From Phallusia mammillata (taxonomy: Eukaryota), in contig OZ281498.1 of NCBI GenBank assembly GCA_965637545.1, positions 21,948,001-22,012,000 on the forward strand: 64,000 bases of DNA, read 5' to 3'. A program made the translations under genes and the position numbers. Below the pieces are notes generated by a model. The model was given only the letters and a program-made list of their open reading frames with translations, was not told the origin of the DNA and searched no databases. The number at the start of each line of letters is the position of its first letter. Position 1 is the first letter of the stretch. Shown here in pieces: positions 25,745 through 38,503 of this stretch.

Positions 25745-26145
25745 TGCCCCACTAACCCCCTAAAATGGGTGAGTTTTTTAAACGGTGTCGGAATTAGATG
25801 AAATTTTGACAGCTTGTAGAATTTGTCATTTATAGGTGTCAATTGTTGTGTTTAACCCCGTAGCCCCAATATTACCTCTATAGCCCCCTAAAATGGGTGA
25901 ATGTTTTAAACAATGTCTGAATTTTATAAAAATTTCAACAGTTTATAGAATGTGCCATTTATAGTTGTCCATTGTTTTGTTCAACCCTTTGACATCATCA
26001 TTTACTCCACTAGCCCCCAAAATGGGTCAATTTTTTAAACAATGTCTGAATTGAATAAAATTTAGACAGCTTCTGGAGTGTGCCACTTATAGCTGTCGAT
26101 TGTTGTTTTACCCTGTAGCACTATCATTTACCCCACTACCCCTTA
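25745..26145. repeat. Diverged tandem repeat, ~130-bp unit, ~3 copies
   Basis: Recurrent CTAGCCCCC(T)AAAATGGGT...TTTAAACAATGTCTGAATT...GTGCCA(T/C)TTATAG blocks; boundaries approximate. Confidence 0.65.
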
Positions 26146-26245
26146 CAATCAGGTGCAATTCGCAATTAAAAGGAGCTGATTGTTGTGTTTAGCCTTTTTT
26201 TTTCTCAGACAGAGAAAAACCTTGTATGAATGGAATGAATATTCA

Positions 26246-26428
26246 TAACTGTGAGAAAGTTTGTTGTTGTCAGATAAAACACAGTGACCGGTACCGAGCG
26301 TAAAATAATATGCTATTTGGATGAATGGAATGAAATTTGAATAGTTTGTAGTCCATACAGCATATTTATTTATGCTCAGTACCAGTCACTGTGTTTTACC
26401 TTACAATAACAAACTTTCTCATAGTTAT
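26246..26428. mobile_element. Palindromic MITE-like element
   Basis: Inverted arms ATAACTGTGAGAAAGTTTGTT...AAAACACAGTGAC.GGTAC.GAGC versus their complement ending CAAACTTTCTCATAGTTAT. Confidence 0.6.
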
Positions 26429-26667
26429 CTCTTGAAATGCATTATTTACAACTTTGCATGTGTGGGGACCCATGAGTTTCTGCCTGCAGAAACAACCAAT
26501 GTTATAAAGACAGTAGATAATATGGGACCCATTATAAAATAAGTGTAGGAAATATAGTAATGTTTTAAAGTAGGTTATAATGTATATACAATGGCAAATC
26601 CAAGTATCAGGTAGTTGTGTAATTGTTCACCTCAAATACACTGTAAATTATATGCGATGGTCTTACC

Positions 26668-27160
26668 CAGGGGTCACCAAACTACGGCCCGCGAGGTCAT
26701 TTCATCCGGCCCCCGACCACATTTTTTGGTTTGCCAAATCGTATTGATAACTTTGTAACATTCAAAATAACCCTTCTCCTCACGAAAGTTTTCCTGTCGC
26801 GATATGTAAAATAATATTACCTAGTTTTATACGATTACAACACCCAGGATTGATCCAAAGCCAGTTTGTTACGTCACAGACAAAACTACAAGTGTCAATT
26901 GTGCCCAAACAATTGCCTTTTTTGTTACTTGTGACGTAAGATACCAGCATTGCTCGTAAGAGACCTAGACCTATACAATTCAACAGTCGCATCACCAGCT
27001 TTTAAAAGGGGTTGTAGAAAAACCATTTCTTGGCGCACCTAAAAAATCGCCTCGCATGCTAAGTTTGGAGAGGCGGCGTTAGGGCAGGTAAACTATGCGG
27101 CCCGCGCGAATCATTTTTTAACTTATCCGGCCCGCAGTGAAAAAAGTTTGGTGAGCCCTG
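26668..27160. mobile_element. hAT (Charlie-like) MITE
   Basis: TIR CAGGGGTCACCAAACT / AGTTTGGTGAGCCCTG; exact 8-bp TSD GTCTTACC. Confidence 0.9.
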
Positions 27161-27367
27161 GTCTTACCCATCTCGCGACAAGCAAAATTTTGGGTTTTTT
27201 GTGACGTCATATAAAGTGGCTTACCTGAAAAAATGTAAACAGTAACGTTTTGATATAGTCCGATATGTATTTAATATAGACTCAATTACGTTCAAGTTAA
27301 GACAATTTTTTTTCTGCGTTTGTGAGTTTGAGTATTGTTAGTGAATTTAACAGGAACCGATGGCCGA

Positions 27368-27429
27368 GGGGTACTTTTCCAGGAGTTATGCTTGTACAAC
27401 CGAGTGGTACATTCATAAGGGAATTTCCC
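27368..27429. promoter_or_regulatory. Paired NF-kB-like sites upstream of gene B
   Basis: GGGAATTTCCC (27419-27429, consensus GGGRNWYYCC) and GGGGTACTTTTCC (27368-27380), 160-220 bp before ATG 27589. Confidence 0.4.
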
Positions 27430-27588
27430 AGGGTATTGCTGGTGGTCTTGTCCCATATATGTCGGTTACACACTTGCCTTTGACCAATACGAGGTCAGTG
27501 TGATAAGGTCTTCAGGTCTTACATGTTAGAGTAACTGAAGCAAATTGGCTTTTTAATAAAGTCAGTTAGGCGGAAATTAGCAGTAACA

Positions 27589-27682
27589 ATGTCTGTTAAG
27601 AGCAACTTTCAACATTGTCGTTTTACTGGAGAAAACTCGTTTAACAGCAGTCAACGAGATATCAATATCTACAGAGCTCCAG
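27589..27682 (+). CDS. Upstream R1 exon of gene B (MSVKSNFQHCRFTGENSFNSSQRDINIYRAP); alternative first exon or uORF
   Basis: ATG at 27589, CAG|GTAGCG donor, phase 1; peptide aligns with the other R1 exons. Confidence 0.6.
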
Positions 27683-28059
27683 GTAGCGGAGAAATAGTAG
27701 ATTGAAAATAACCTATATCCTATGTCAAGATTGCAATAATGTTACAGTCTAAAGTTTGGGTAAAACTAGCTTAAACCAGGGCCTTCACGCTTGGTTACGA
27801 TGCTCTTGTAAACCCGACTTTTGGGTTCGCTCACAGTTCTATGCCTTTGTCATGGCTAAGTAAAAATTACTTGATGCAATATGACACAGTATTGGTAAAA
27901 CCTTCGTTTCATTATCAGTCACAGGAAATGAAGTGGTTAACCGGAAATAGTTATAGTGTTGGAAAATAAGAAAATCTATGAACTACAGAATTTATTGTGT
28001 TTATGTTTTGCTGTTTAGCCTTTATTTCTTCAATAAACCAAATCGTGTAACACATCATT

Positions 28060-30026
28060 ATGTCCAAACGTGTTGGAATAGAAATGACTAACTGTCAATT
28101 ATCAGACAATGTAACTTTCAACTCGAGCGAACGTGACATGAGCATCTACAACGGCCCAGGTGTGTTAAAAAACACAACGTTACCAAAACTGTACTGTTCT
28201 ACTTGGTAACCCAGCTGGCAAACTCAACAGCAAACGAAAAGTTAATGTTTGATATTTTTCACACAGTTGATCAGAGCAAACACGAACAGCACATCGACGC
28301 GAGCAACGCCAAGATATCAGGAAACTCAGTTGTGGGTGCAAAATCCGTCACAGTTACTAATTGTAAGTTCGCTTAAATTCATAACTTAATGGTATAGGAC
28401 ATAGGTACACCCTCTTGAATTTGTCAACAAAAAATTAATTCTCCTAAATTTGTCAGCGATGTTTTTCTGTAGGTTGGATAAACGTTTTAACATTCCAACG
28501 AAAACAAAAATTCGAACATGCAAAATCAAATGCTTGAATTGGTACACGTCTCGCAAGTTCGTTGCGCGTGCATGATATTGTCGGGAAGTGTGTGTGTGTG
28601 AATTTATGTTTTTTCCTGACTTGCACGTGACTCATTTCGCGCCCTTTACCACCACTTGAAAGTGTGACGTCATTTCCTGCCCTGCTGTGAACATTTTGAT
28701 CCAGGTTTTCGGGAATAATATATTTTATTTTTTAGTCGGAGGTGTGATTAAGTGTAAAACAATAAATAAAACGAGAATCGATTACGAAAATAGACCCTAA
28801 ATGCCACTTTATTCTTGCTAATCTAAAAAAATACATTCACCCCACTTTAAATGGGCCACAGCAAAAGTGCTAACTGAAACAAACCTTTATTTTATGTGTG
28901 ACCACAGCTACTAATCAAGTATACTTGTGGCAAACTTTCTTCAATTTATGCATTTAGAGACACTTTTAGATGCAAATTACAATCATGATAAAACTATCAC
29001 AGCATGCAATTTTTTTCCAGATGTTACCCATATGGGTGCATATTGCTTTGCGCTAACATTCCTTTGTGTGTAGATGCTGCACCGCCGCCAGCACCAACTA
29101 ATCCACCAGCACAGGCTCCACAAACCTCGCCCCCTGCTGCAGCAACGCCACAGACCGAACCACAGCAAAACCCGTGAGAAAAGTTTGGAAAAGTTTACCA
29201 ACATAGTGTTTTTTAACCCTTAAAGGTCGCAGGCTGCATCGTTTGTTTAATTTTTGTCGTCGGTGGGCAACTGTGCCCACAAAGAGTCCGCTGTAGAGCT
29301 GCCTATAATTGTTCCAGGTCCGTTGAATCATTTTTATGTGATGTTTTTGGACACAAAAGTTGGTGACCTCAATTTAGTTTAACCCATCGAGTTCCACTGG
29401 GTTGGAGCAATGCTGCTCAAGAAAACACAAGTGGCACAGACTGGAAACAACTCGTAAACACAAGGCGGTTGCGCTAACAATCCGGCCTTCTTGGCGACTA
29501 CTATTTCAGTAGAATAACCAAAACAAATCTCCAAAACTCATTAACGACTTTTTAAACTTTCACGAATACGTTACTGTTGTTTAGATGTGACTGTGGAAAA
29601 TGTCCGGATGAAAATGTCGGCAACCGTGTGTGTTGTCGAACCGACGCTATGGTATGGAGAAAAATGAGCACCTTTCCCATTACCACGTGCATTAGGGAGC
29701 ACCCAGCCTTCAATGCATGTTGTTTGGATAAATATATGCTTGAAAAGAATTACAATCGAAACAAACGACGCTTCCCGAATGCAATTCCTGGAGGACTTTC
29801 CCAACCAAAGTAGGTGTTATTAAAATGGAGAAAAACCTCTCATTCGTGATTTTGTTCTATATTGCACAGGAAATACAAGCGAACAGCAGAAGGCGAGTAC
29901 TTGGATTGGTTAAACCCAGATAACCAGAACAGAGATGCTACACTGCCATCCTGTGTCAAAGAGGCTTTTGATGTGAAATTTCCCGATTCAACTGTCCGTG
30001 ATGCCTCTTGGCCTGTGCTACAGTGA
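28060..30026 (+). CDS. Gene B: R1 + R2 + Pro/Ala/Gln linker + P2X7 C-terminal (ballast)-like domain, ~225 aa
   Basis: Exons 28060-28159, 28267-28362, 29074-29173, 29585-29809, 29870-30026 join in frame (an extra small phase-2 exon is possible). CDCGKC...VCC...CIREHPAF...CL...EYLDW...LPSCVKEAFDVKFPD; same intron positions as gene A. Confidence 0.75.
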
Positions 30027-30207
30027 AAGAAATGTCGATTGCTCCAGTCCATTTTTAGTGTATACATACGACGTTTGTTTTTGATAAACTTTTGTACATA
30101 TTCTTTTCTCGTTTGTTAAATAGCGTACCGATTGAGATGTGCACGATCAAGTTTCATTTTACAGGGCTGTGCTACAAACCAAAACACTGATTTTTTGTTG
30201 AAAACAG

Positions 30208-30301
30208 GCTTTCTACATTGCCATATTGTGCCAAAGAGGCTTTTGATGAGAAATTTCCACATGCAATTGTTATAATGATGCCTCGGCCTGCGCTGCAGTA
30301 G
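30208..30301 (+). CDS. Partial duplicate of the gene B last exon; possible alternative terminal exon
   Basis: Acceptor ttgaaaacag|, phase-2 frame open: LSTLPYCAKEAFDEKFPHAIVIMMPRPALQ*, homologous to TLPSCVKEAFDVKFPD...WPVLQ*. Confidence 0.4.
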
Positions 30302-33300
30302 AAAATATGTCGAATGTTACATTCCATTATTTGTGCATATGTATGCGTAGTTTTTTTGTTTGTGAAAATCTCGTTTGCTCAACAACTTACAATTTAGTAA
30401 ATGTATTACAAGTAACATAACGAGTTCGAACATAAAAACATATATTTTTATATCACAGCGATTGATTGCAATGTATAAACGACAAACCAGCTCTATGGCA
30501 GTTTTGGTTTTGATAATCCCTTTTTTTAAGTCGGTGCCTATCCTTTTTAACACGTTTTATGAATCAAAATTCACTTGTATTTTGATTATTCCCTTCAAAC
30601 AGAACCATCAGCACTTGATTTAATAAAAAATGACACCCGACGAAATATTGTATGTCCAATAAATGTCGGCTGTACCCAAAGCCAACATGCGTCATTGCCT
30701 GAACGCTCGAATTTCCTGATAAACAACGAATTGCGCCACGCTTTGTTTGTCGTTAAACATTACCAGGGAAATCCCCTTAATTTGGGAACCGTCTGGCCGA
30801 AAGTCAATTTACGACAAGCTTTGCTTTAGTTTCATTTCAACGTTTACAATATTACATCGTTGGACTAGTTGAGTTTCATACCCTCCTATATTCATTGTTG
30901 AGTTATGAAAAGACTTTGTGGACGGATTGTTTATGTTATCGGAGTAATATTGGCTCAGAAAAGACTTTGGTCTTTTTACTCGATGACTATTCATTGTGTT
31001 CTTGCGCAAACTGCATGACATCGCTTTGTAATCCTAAATCCTGGGGATGATTTTCAGCTTCAGGCCAAACAAATTCAACTCATAAATCCTGACTTCATCT
31101 TCTTTACTATGGATGTAATATAAATGTTATGACTGAAAACATCGATTTTTTTCGCTAAATACATTTAGAACGTCAAATCCTTTGGTTTAGACCGGCTTTC
31201 GAAGAAAGTGGTATCCATGGAAAAACAACTAAACAAACCAAAAATACCAGCAGTTTTAAACCACATTTTTACACTATAGTTTAAAAATATACCACAGTTT
31301 AACTTTACAGCACCAATAGTTCTGAGATCATGTAAATAAAAACAGTACATCACGTCAAAAATGGCTTTTAGAGTTCTTTGTGTTATAAATGTATGTAGGC
31401 CAGATTTCTCACCTTTTCGGCATGCGAGAGAGTGACGTCACGTTCTGCGATGCTTTGGGAAGTGAAAATTGGTGACGCCCATTCAACGGTTAAGTGTGGT
31501 TTTCAGCTAACATTTAATAAACCAATAGGCTCATGTCGTGGTTAAGAATCCCACACATTGTAGCCATAGGCGTCCGCAGCGGGGGGCAAGAGGGGGCACG
31601 TGCCCCCCCCCTGGAAAAAAGAAAAACGCAAACGGTCGGAGAATCCGCAACTTAAAACAAAACACAATAAACATTTACACAGTGTTATACAAAACTATTC
31701 CTGGAATGGAAGACGTCGTGGGTCTCCACCTCTTTATTACAAGTGTAACTGTAACAGAACAGAATACGGTTTTACAACAAATTAAATGAATCGAACATTT
31801 ATACTTAACAATAGTTCGGTAACAAGCATATTATTACGTCATTGATGGATGTGACAAACAGGCATAATGTGATATCTTCACTGTATTTGTTGTTACATCA
31901 GAAAAAGTATTTGCCAACCTACCACATACTTCAGTGATATTTAATATTGTGTTTATTGTATTATTTTGCTACTTTGGAATTGGCAAGAATGAGTATAGCA
32001 CAGTCAGATGATTTTTGTTCTGAAATACCGTTTATCGAACGGCCATGTGAAGATAGTTTTGCCCTCCCCTGTATTTTTTCCTGCGGACGCCCATGATTGT
32101 AGCCTATATTTTACCACATGAAAATAAGAACAGACTGATTCTGTCGTACAATAGCCCACCTCACATACATGAGTATTAATGTGTTCTTGCACATTTATTC
32201 ATACTTGGTGGTGTTTGACAAAGGTTAAAAGCTGTTTAAGGTTAAACAGAATTCCTTTATTTTTAGATTTTAATCTTTATTGTTGCATGATCACTGGAAA
32301 GAAGAACCTATTCGCAGGTCGCACAGTCTTTCATGCACTTGTCATTTAGAGTATTTTTGCCTCGTTTTTTACACCGGCTACCCCCTTTAAAGCACAAACG
32401 TTAATGATAAAACAGGATATTATATCGTTGATTGACTTGTTGTTGTATATTATACCTTAGGTGCTTATGTTGATCAAGGATTTAAGTTCATTTGGGCTGA
32501 AATTGCTTTTAGGTGTTTTCGCTCGTGTATTTTTGTTTGGGACGCGTATCTATGACGTAACCAAAGCAAGTCATATGGGTGGACAAAGTCTTTTACCGTC
32601 GCATGGCCAAGTTAATACATGTTACACTAGTTTAAGTACAGAACATTAATAGTTTGTGGTAGAAACTGTTGTATAATCTTCATGTTTCTGTGAAAATACT
32701 CCTGCTGGTTTTATGGTACTTTTTGGTCTACAACAGATTTAGGATAATCATTGTATTTTTTCTGTGTTTTATTACGCGTACCACGTACCACAAGCACTAT
32801 ATATACAGCAACGTCACACAAACTCTATTTACACTATTATACAGAAGTTCTTCATTTCTCGTGAGGGCAGGCGACAATATAAAAGTTAGGCTATAAAACA
32901 GTAATGAATTGCACAAAAATACGGTGAACAAGGAAACTCATGCTTGGACTGAAGTCGTTTTCCAGTTGTTCGTTGTTAGATTTCTTTTCGTCTTGTCTTT
33001 TTCCATTGCCAACAACCTGGATAAACACACAAGTTAATAAGTGAACAAAAAGTAGGCTACATCATTTATTTGTTTGTACCTAGTTTGCCGTTGTTTACTT
33101 TGTCCATTGTCGCAGCCATGAGATTGCAGTCCATGAAAGAAGGAAAACAACTATATTTAGATTTTTTGGTTGTGCCTGCTTCGTTACTTCACACAAAAAT
33201 AACGGCTCAACTCGCCCATGAGACTATAACGTTACATTTACCAATAAGGAAAAAACAAGTTTCGCAGTCCCGTATAATATTTCCCCGGGGAAGTACCTCG

Positions 33301-33718
33301 TACTCTACCAGTCTGTGCTGTTTGCGCTTCCAATCCCCTTTTTTTGCAAGGTCTTGTGAATGCACGTGCTAGGTTTTCAGGTTATCAAATCTTGTTTTTT
33401 AGATTTAATGCACATTTGCAGTGAAAATCTGACATAATCTTTTATGTGACGTTTAATCTAAGTTATAGGCATGTGGTTTAGCTGCTACGTCATGAAATTT
33501 ACCAGGGGATTCACCTAGGAAAAAACTGAAAATAGCCTCTTGCTGTACGGTTACCAGCAGTTACTGGCAAACTAGCCTTAGGCTTTTCAAGTTTGATTGA
33601 GGCAAAGGTCAAAATGTAATGGGTGTATTCTTATATGGTAGTTGTTTGTAACCTTTTTATTTGTTTTTTTAGCCATAGATTGTTTTGTAACTGAGATAAC
33701 TTCCTGTTTTGTCTCATT

Positions 33719-34257
33719 ATGTCTGGTGCTAAGAACGCTTTCAATGGATGCACATTTGGGAACGACACCAAGATTTTTCAAAATGAAGGCGACGTACACA
33801 ACTATAACGGCGAAAAGGCTCAAAGTAAATCAGTGTTTAAGTTATATTATTGCTTCAGTAGTCAGCACTAGACTCGGACTTAAATTAGTGACTAAATAAA
33901 AAAAATCACCGTGGAAGCTTACGTCGTAAAGACATATGATTGTCAAACGTTTGCAATAAATGTATTTTTACATTGTTGGTAATGTATTTAATCGAGCTTG
34001 GCTTCAAATTGAGTGTAACTTCTATAAAGGTAGTCCAGTAATTTGAGTTGTAGTTGCCGAGCGATTTGGCTATCAGCCACCAATTGTTTCCTCTACTGTT
34101 TTGTGATTGCCAAATCACGTTAATTTTTTGTCGTGTAACTTTGCACTTTGTTGCACCACAGTTGACAAGAGCGAACACAAACAGGTGATTGATATGAGGG
34201 ACTCAAATGTTGAAAACTCAGTGCTTGGTGTCCAAGGGAATGTAAACATGAATGTTG
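33719..34257 (+). CDS. Gene C: R1 + R2 microprotein; last exon unresolved
   Basis: Exon 33719-33824 (MSGAKNAFNGCTFGNDTKIFQNEGDVHNYNGEKAQ) and exon 34162-34257 (IDKSEHKQVIDMRDSNVENSVLGVQGNVNMNV), both with phase-1 GT donors. Possible ends: read-through stop at ~34266, acceptor at 34293, or exon 35949-36163. Confidence 0.7.
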
Positions 34258-34587
34258 GTAAGTTATAGTGCTGACGTTTCTCACTCCTTTTAGGTCCTAT
34301 CAAATTTTTGCCTCTGATTTTGTAACCGATTTTGCTCAGTCACTGTTAGTAGCTACTGTTTCCATATGATAGATACTGTTATTGCATACTGACTTGGATT
34401 TTTAGCCTAGTCTATTAAAATGGTGATATAGATACGTAAATACTGTTATAAATTTGTAGATTCGACGGAAAAGAAAGGATAAACAGACTACGGTATTGAC
34501 AAGCTGTACAGTGTAGCCTACATAGCCTACTGCCTTATTCACTGTACAACAATTCCTTCGGCATTCGTCAAAGGTGGCGCCCAATCA

Positions 34588-34731
34588 TGTGCCAAAACAC
34601 TCTTTTCTACTTGTGCCAAAACACTCTTTTCTACTTGTGCCAAAACACTCTTTTCTACTTGTGCCAAAACACTCTTTTCTACTTGTGCCAAAACACTCTT
34701 TTCTACTTGTGCCAAAACACTCTTTTCTACT
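34588..34731. repeat. Minisatellite, 6 perfect copies of 24-bp TGTGCCAAAACACTCTTTTCTACT
   Basis: Head-to-tail identical units with no spacers. Confidence 0.95.
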
Positions 34732-36978
34732 TACTTGTTTTATTATCTACGGCCAAATTTGTTATGAATGACCAAATTAGGCCATTTTGGCGATTTTAGG
34801 TTTTTATAAATTCATATATGCACGTTTTTACAAACAAATTTCCATCTTAGTTTCTTCAGCGAGAACAATCATTCAAAAAAATCTGCCTTAATTTCACTTT
34901 GCCTCATTTTGAATCGAATAAAAAGAGATCAAGCCTCCTGTGTCGATGTGAACTTAAACACCGCCATTCATTCGAAACGAGCGGTTTTCAATCACTTTTG
35001 TCATGTCGTTCTGTGGATATTTAAAACCTTCGTGACTTTAATCAATCAAGAATACATCTTTGCGTAGACGTTTTAACAACCGATTCTGTCATATCAGGTC
35101 TTCAAGTGAGCTTGAACAAGTGTTCATGTAGGCACTACGGAAAAAAGATATTCAAGACGCGTGGCGTAAAGTCACAGAAAGCACACGGACCGGATCTAGG
35201 GGTCAGGTATTGAACTAATGCAAAGATATGGACTCTTTGGCGACGTTGGCCTATTGAATGTAAGAGTTTTAAGCTCAACGTCGACACAGCGTCCATGCCT
35301 TTGCGTTTGTTCAACACCTGACTCTTATAACCGGTTCTTTTCTGCCTAATAGTGTGCTATCTAAGACGTTATCCACGCGTTTTGGGTTTCCTCTATTTCT
35401 GTAGTGCATATATTAACACTGTTACAAACTCAATTAATAACCTACACTAATGACATTCACAGCGATTGTTGAAACGTCTGTATTACGATGTATCTGAAAA
35501 TACAACCTCGTTGTCTGTTTTGTTTTTAATTATTCTACTTTTTAAGTCCGTCCGTGTATACTGTTCTCAAGTTTTGTGTGGCTTGCTTTGACAAGTACTG
35601 AAATTTAAATTTTTAGGATCAAAATCTGATCAAATGGTGCGTGTGATTGTAAATAAATTTGCAACATTGTTAACAAGACAAAAAAGAAAACGCCAAATGA
35701 GTTAACACTTTCTGAAATTTGAGACCTTCATTGCACACAAGCTGGCAAACATAATAATATATATAAGTGACTGTATGGTCGTCAGATTCGGCATGTTTAT
35801 ACAGGTAATACAGCTAATTGTAATACAGGGGTTTTTACCACTTTGCAAAAAAGTGAAGAATTTGCATAAGGTCACAAATACATTAAAATAAAATATGTGG
35901 TATTGACTTGGTGTTCATCTTAAGGCAGCTTTTCATTGCTGGTTGCAGACAGACCTACAACACGAGGGATAATAACATCCTGTGCTAAACCAAGCATTTC
36001 CTGGTTCCTAAAGTTCACGTTACAATGCTATTGGCTCACAGATGTTGGCATTTCTGGAATTTCTGTAACAACGAAAAGTCTTAAACTTTCACAATATCAG
36101 ATGTGTTCTATTTTTGAGAAAACTCTTTCGAGCAGTCGATTTCTAAACTCAGAAGCGGGCTAACCTGAATACTGATGGGTCGTCATATATAGTTCAGACT
36201 GTAAAAGATAAAAGCATTGCAATTACGCATGTCACTTTGTGTTAATCAAATAACGTGAACTAATTGGAGAAAACGTTTTTAAATGGCAATTTCGGAATAA
36301 GCGGTGTACTGAAAAGAAGCCTCGTTTATCTAATGGAATTATACATTCTGCATAAATTTAAATACTGCATGTAAAAACAGTACGGAATAGCACAAAACAC
36401 CACACTGTAGTGAAACACCAAACACCCTTTTGGTGGTGCAGGTACAACCAATTTTTTTTCAGTGTAGTGACACAGATTTAGGAATATATGGACTTGGTTT
36501 GGCATTTCTGATTGTTGTGTTGAACCAAATGGGGCAATACAAGTTGTTTTTTCAAGTACTTATGTTTGGGTTGTTTGTTTGGTGTAACCTAGTAGGTGGA
36601 TCTAAGTTATGCCTCGTTGAACGTGGCGTTCCGTTTTGTTACGCGTGAAGTGCAAAACACAAAGTCTATCTTGCACCGACCGAAGCCCAACGAATGTATG
36701 TCAGCAGAGTAGAAACCATAATGTTAGCAGATAAACTTGGCATAAAGTATGTAACCCATTGTGGTCAATGGGTACGTTTGCGTATTCTGACTTTGGTGCA
36801 TGTTAAGAGTAACCTACAGCGTTTTAAAATTGTTCTGTCATCTAATCTTTGTTTTTTCACTTAGCAGCTTGCTTAGACTTTTGTGTTGTAGCTGGCTTTT
36901 GTTTTTAGACTAGACTTTGCTAAAAACCGTTTTGGTATTCACATTGACCATTCGGTATCGGATAGTAGTTGAGACGCC

Positions 36979-37488
36979 ATGGATAAAAAACAGACTCCTT
37001 CCGCGCGATTCATACCAAGTAAGTTTTGTCGTTGTTAAATTTAGTTGTTGCAAACTAGTGGTTATGATCAGGTAAACTTTTTAAAGTTGACAGTTAAATG
37101 TTTCTTATGAAGCAAATGTATTTTATGCTGCAACCTTATTTAAGTTAAATGCATACATTCGTATGTTTAAATGCAAGTCGCTTTAAGGTTAACAGTCTAC
37201 TATTTTATTCATATAGTCAAGTATCCAACCAAAACCCCGAACCAGACAGCAAAGCCTAAACCACCTCCTTCAAACCCAAACCCGCAACCAAATAGAGGTA
37301 CGGTATATTAGATGTTAGATGGCAATGTAAATGTGTTTATCTTAAGTGCTGAATAGGTGGCTCAGATGTGGTGTGAAATAGGATATTCATAATAAACAAT
37401 ATCACTGTCAAAACTAATTAATTCTTTGCTTGTTTTACTAGGAGGAGGCAATCCAGGTAGTGCCTTTGTGCCGACTCGTCGTGTATAA
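36979..37488 (+). CDS. Pro-rich microprotein P1, 55 aa (MDKKQTPSARFIPIKYPTKTPNQTAKPKPPPSNPNPQPNRGGGNPGSAFVPTRRV)
   Basis: Exons 36979-37018, 37217-37297, 37442-37488; canonical GT-AG, phase 1-1; structure conserved in three paralogues. Confidence 0.75.
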
Positions 37489-38452
37489 TGAAGTCATGGA
37501 CCAATTCATGTGGCTTTTTGTGTGTAAATAAATGAAAAGAGTGTTTTGTGGGCTTAATCAATCTTTTTCCTCAAGATTAAAGAGCTACTAGTATAAAATC
37601 AATTCATAGAAGTGTTACAAAATACTATACACGTGAGTGGCATATGATGAGAGAGGATAGAAGCTATTAAAAAGGCACGAGTACCTGTTACAAATGCGTT
37701 AGGCAGGTGCAGGGGACTTGTGTTCAAATTTGTTCGTTACAGATTGACCTATGCGGCATAAGGTATCGTACTATTTCAATCAAGTATTCCTGGGTTCTTG
37801 GTACGGTGTTGTGGATGTCAGCATATTTTGGAGGCTTAAAAAAGAAAGAAAAGACTTGAAATCTTGCAAGTTCCAAGTTTGTCGTTCTATTGTGTGTAGA
37901 AAATTCTTGGTTATAAATGTGTTGTATTATATTGTGACAAGACCGAAGACATTTCGCCTCGCTGTAAGTGAGTTCATGTTCGTTACGCGTAGCTGCAAGA
38001 TATCGTAATATAAACAGATCCAAACAAAAAAGTTTTCTATGTGGCCAAGCGACCGTTGGCCTACAGCAGACCTGGGCATTTTACGGACCGCGGGCCCCAG
38101 CGGCTTCCCTGTCTGGCCCGCGTGAGGTGAAGTAAATAACACATAAATAAAAAACAGGTATAGTTATGCTGTGCATGAAATACGACACTATTGCTTTTAT
38201 ATTGAAAAAACTGTCATTGCTTTTTTATATATTGACGTAAGTGACGCACATGCGTAGGCAAACAGCTACATTTTTGATTTAAACTATATAATTGCGCGAA
38301 TTCAGCGTGAACTAATCCACGCTCAAATGAACCTAAAATAATTAATACTGAACAGAATTAACTACACAGTGTTTTCGTGGCGTTGTGAAGTGCTTGCGTT
38401 TAATTCTTTTGTCCTTTTCTTATCGTGCATTCTACTAAGCGCATTCACTGTT

Positions 38453-38503
38453 ATTTACCCTGATGAAGGCGACTTGTATAGGACGTCGAAACGTCGGCAT
38501 AAA
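38453..38503 (+). ncRNA. Penelope-type minimal type-I hammerhead ribozyme motif within a solo PLE-LTR-like repeat
   Basis: CC-CTGATGA-A-GGCGAC(loop)GACGTC-GAAA-C-GTC-GG; palindromic ACGT stem III is typical of PLE hammerheads. Flanks shared with 59745-59860. Confidence 0.65.

Noticed and set aside
32040-32100. Ankyrin-like GQNYLHMAV peptide on the minus strand
   Set aside because: Immediately followed by a stop, and the sequence matches the CATGGGCG(T/C)C MITE family seen at 60556.
30800-33200. Possible minus-strand gene (ATG near 33118, acceptor near 33020)
   Set aside because: Exon phases do not join into a convincing ORF and there is no homology.
34574-34799. Repetitive ORFs, or a CRISPR array
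   Set aside because: Products of a perfect 24-bp minisatellite; no spacers, eukaryotic context.
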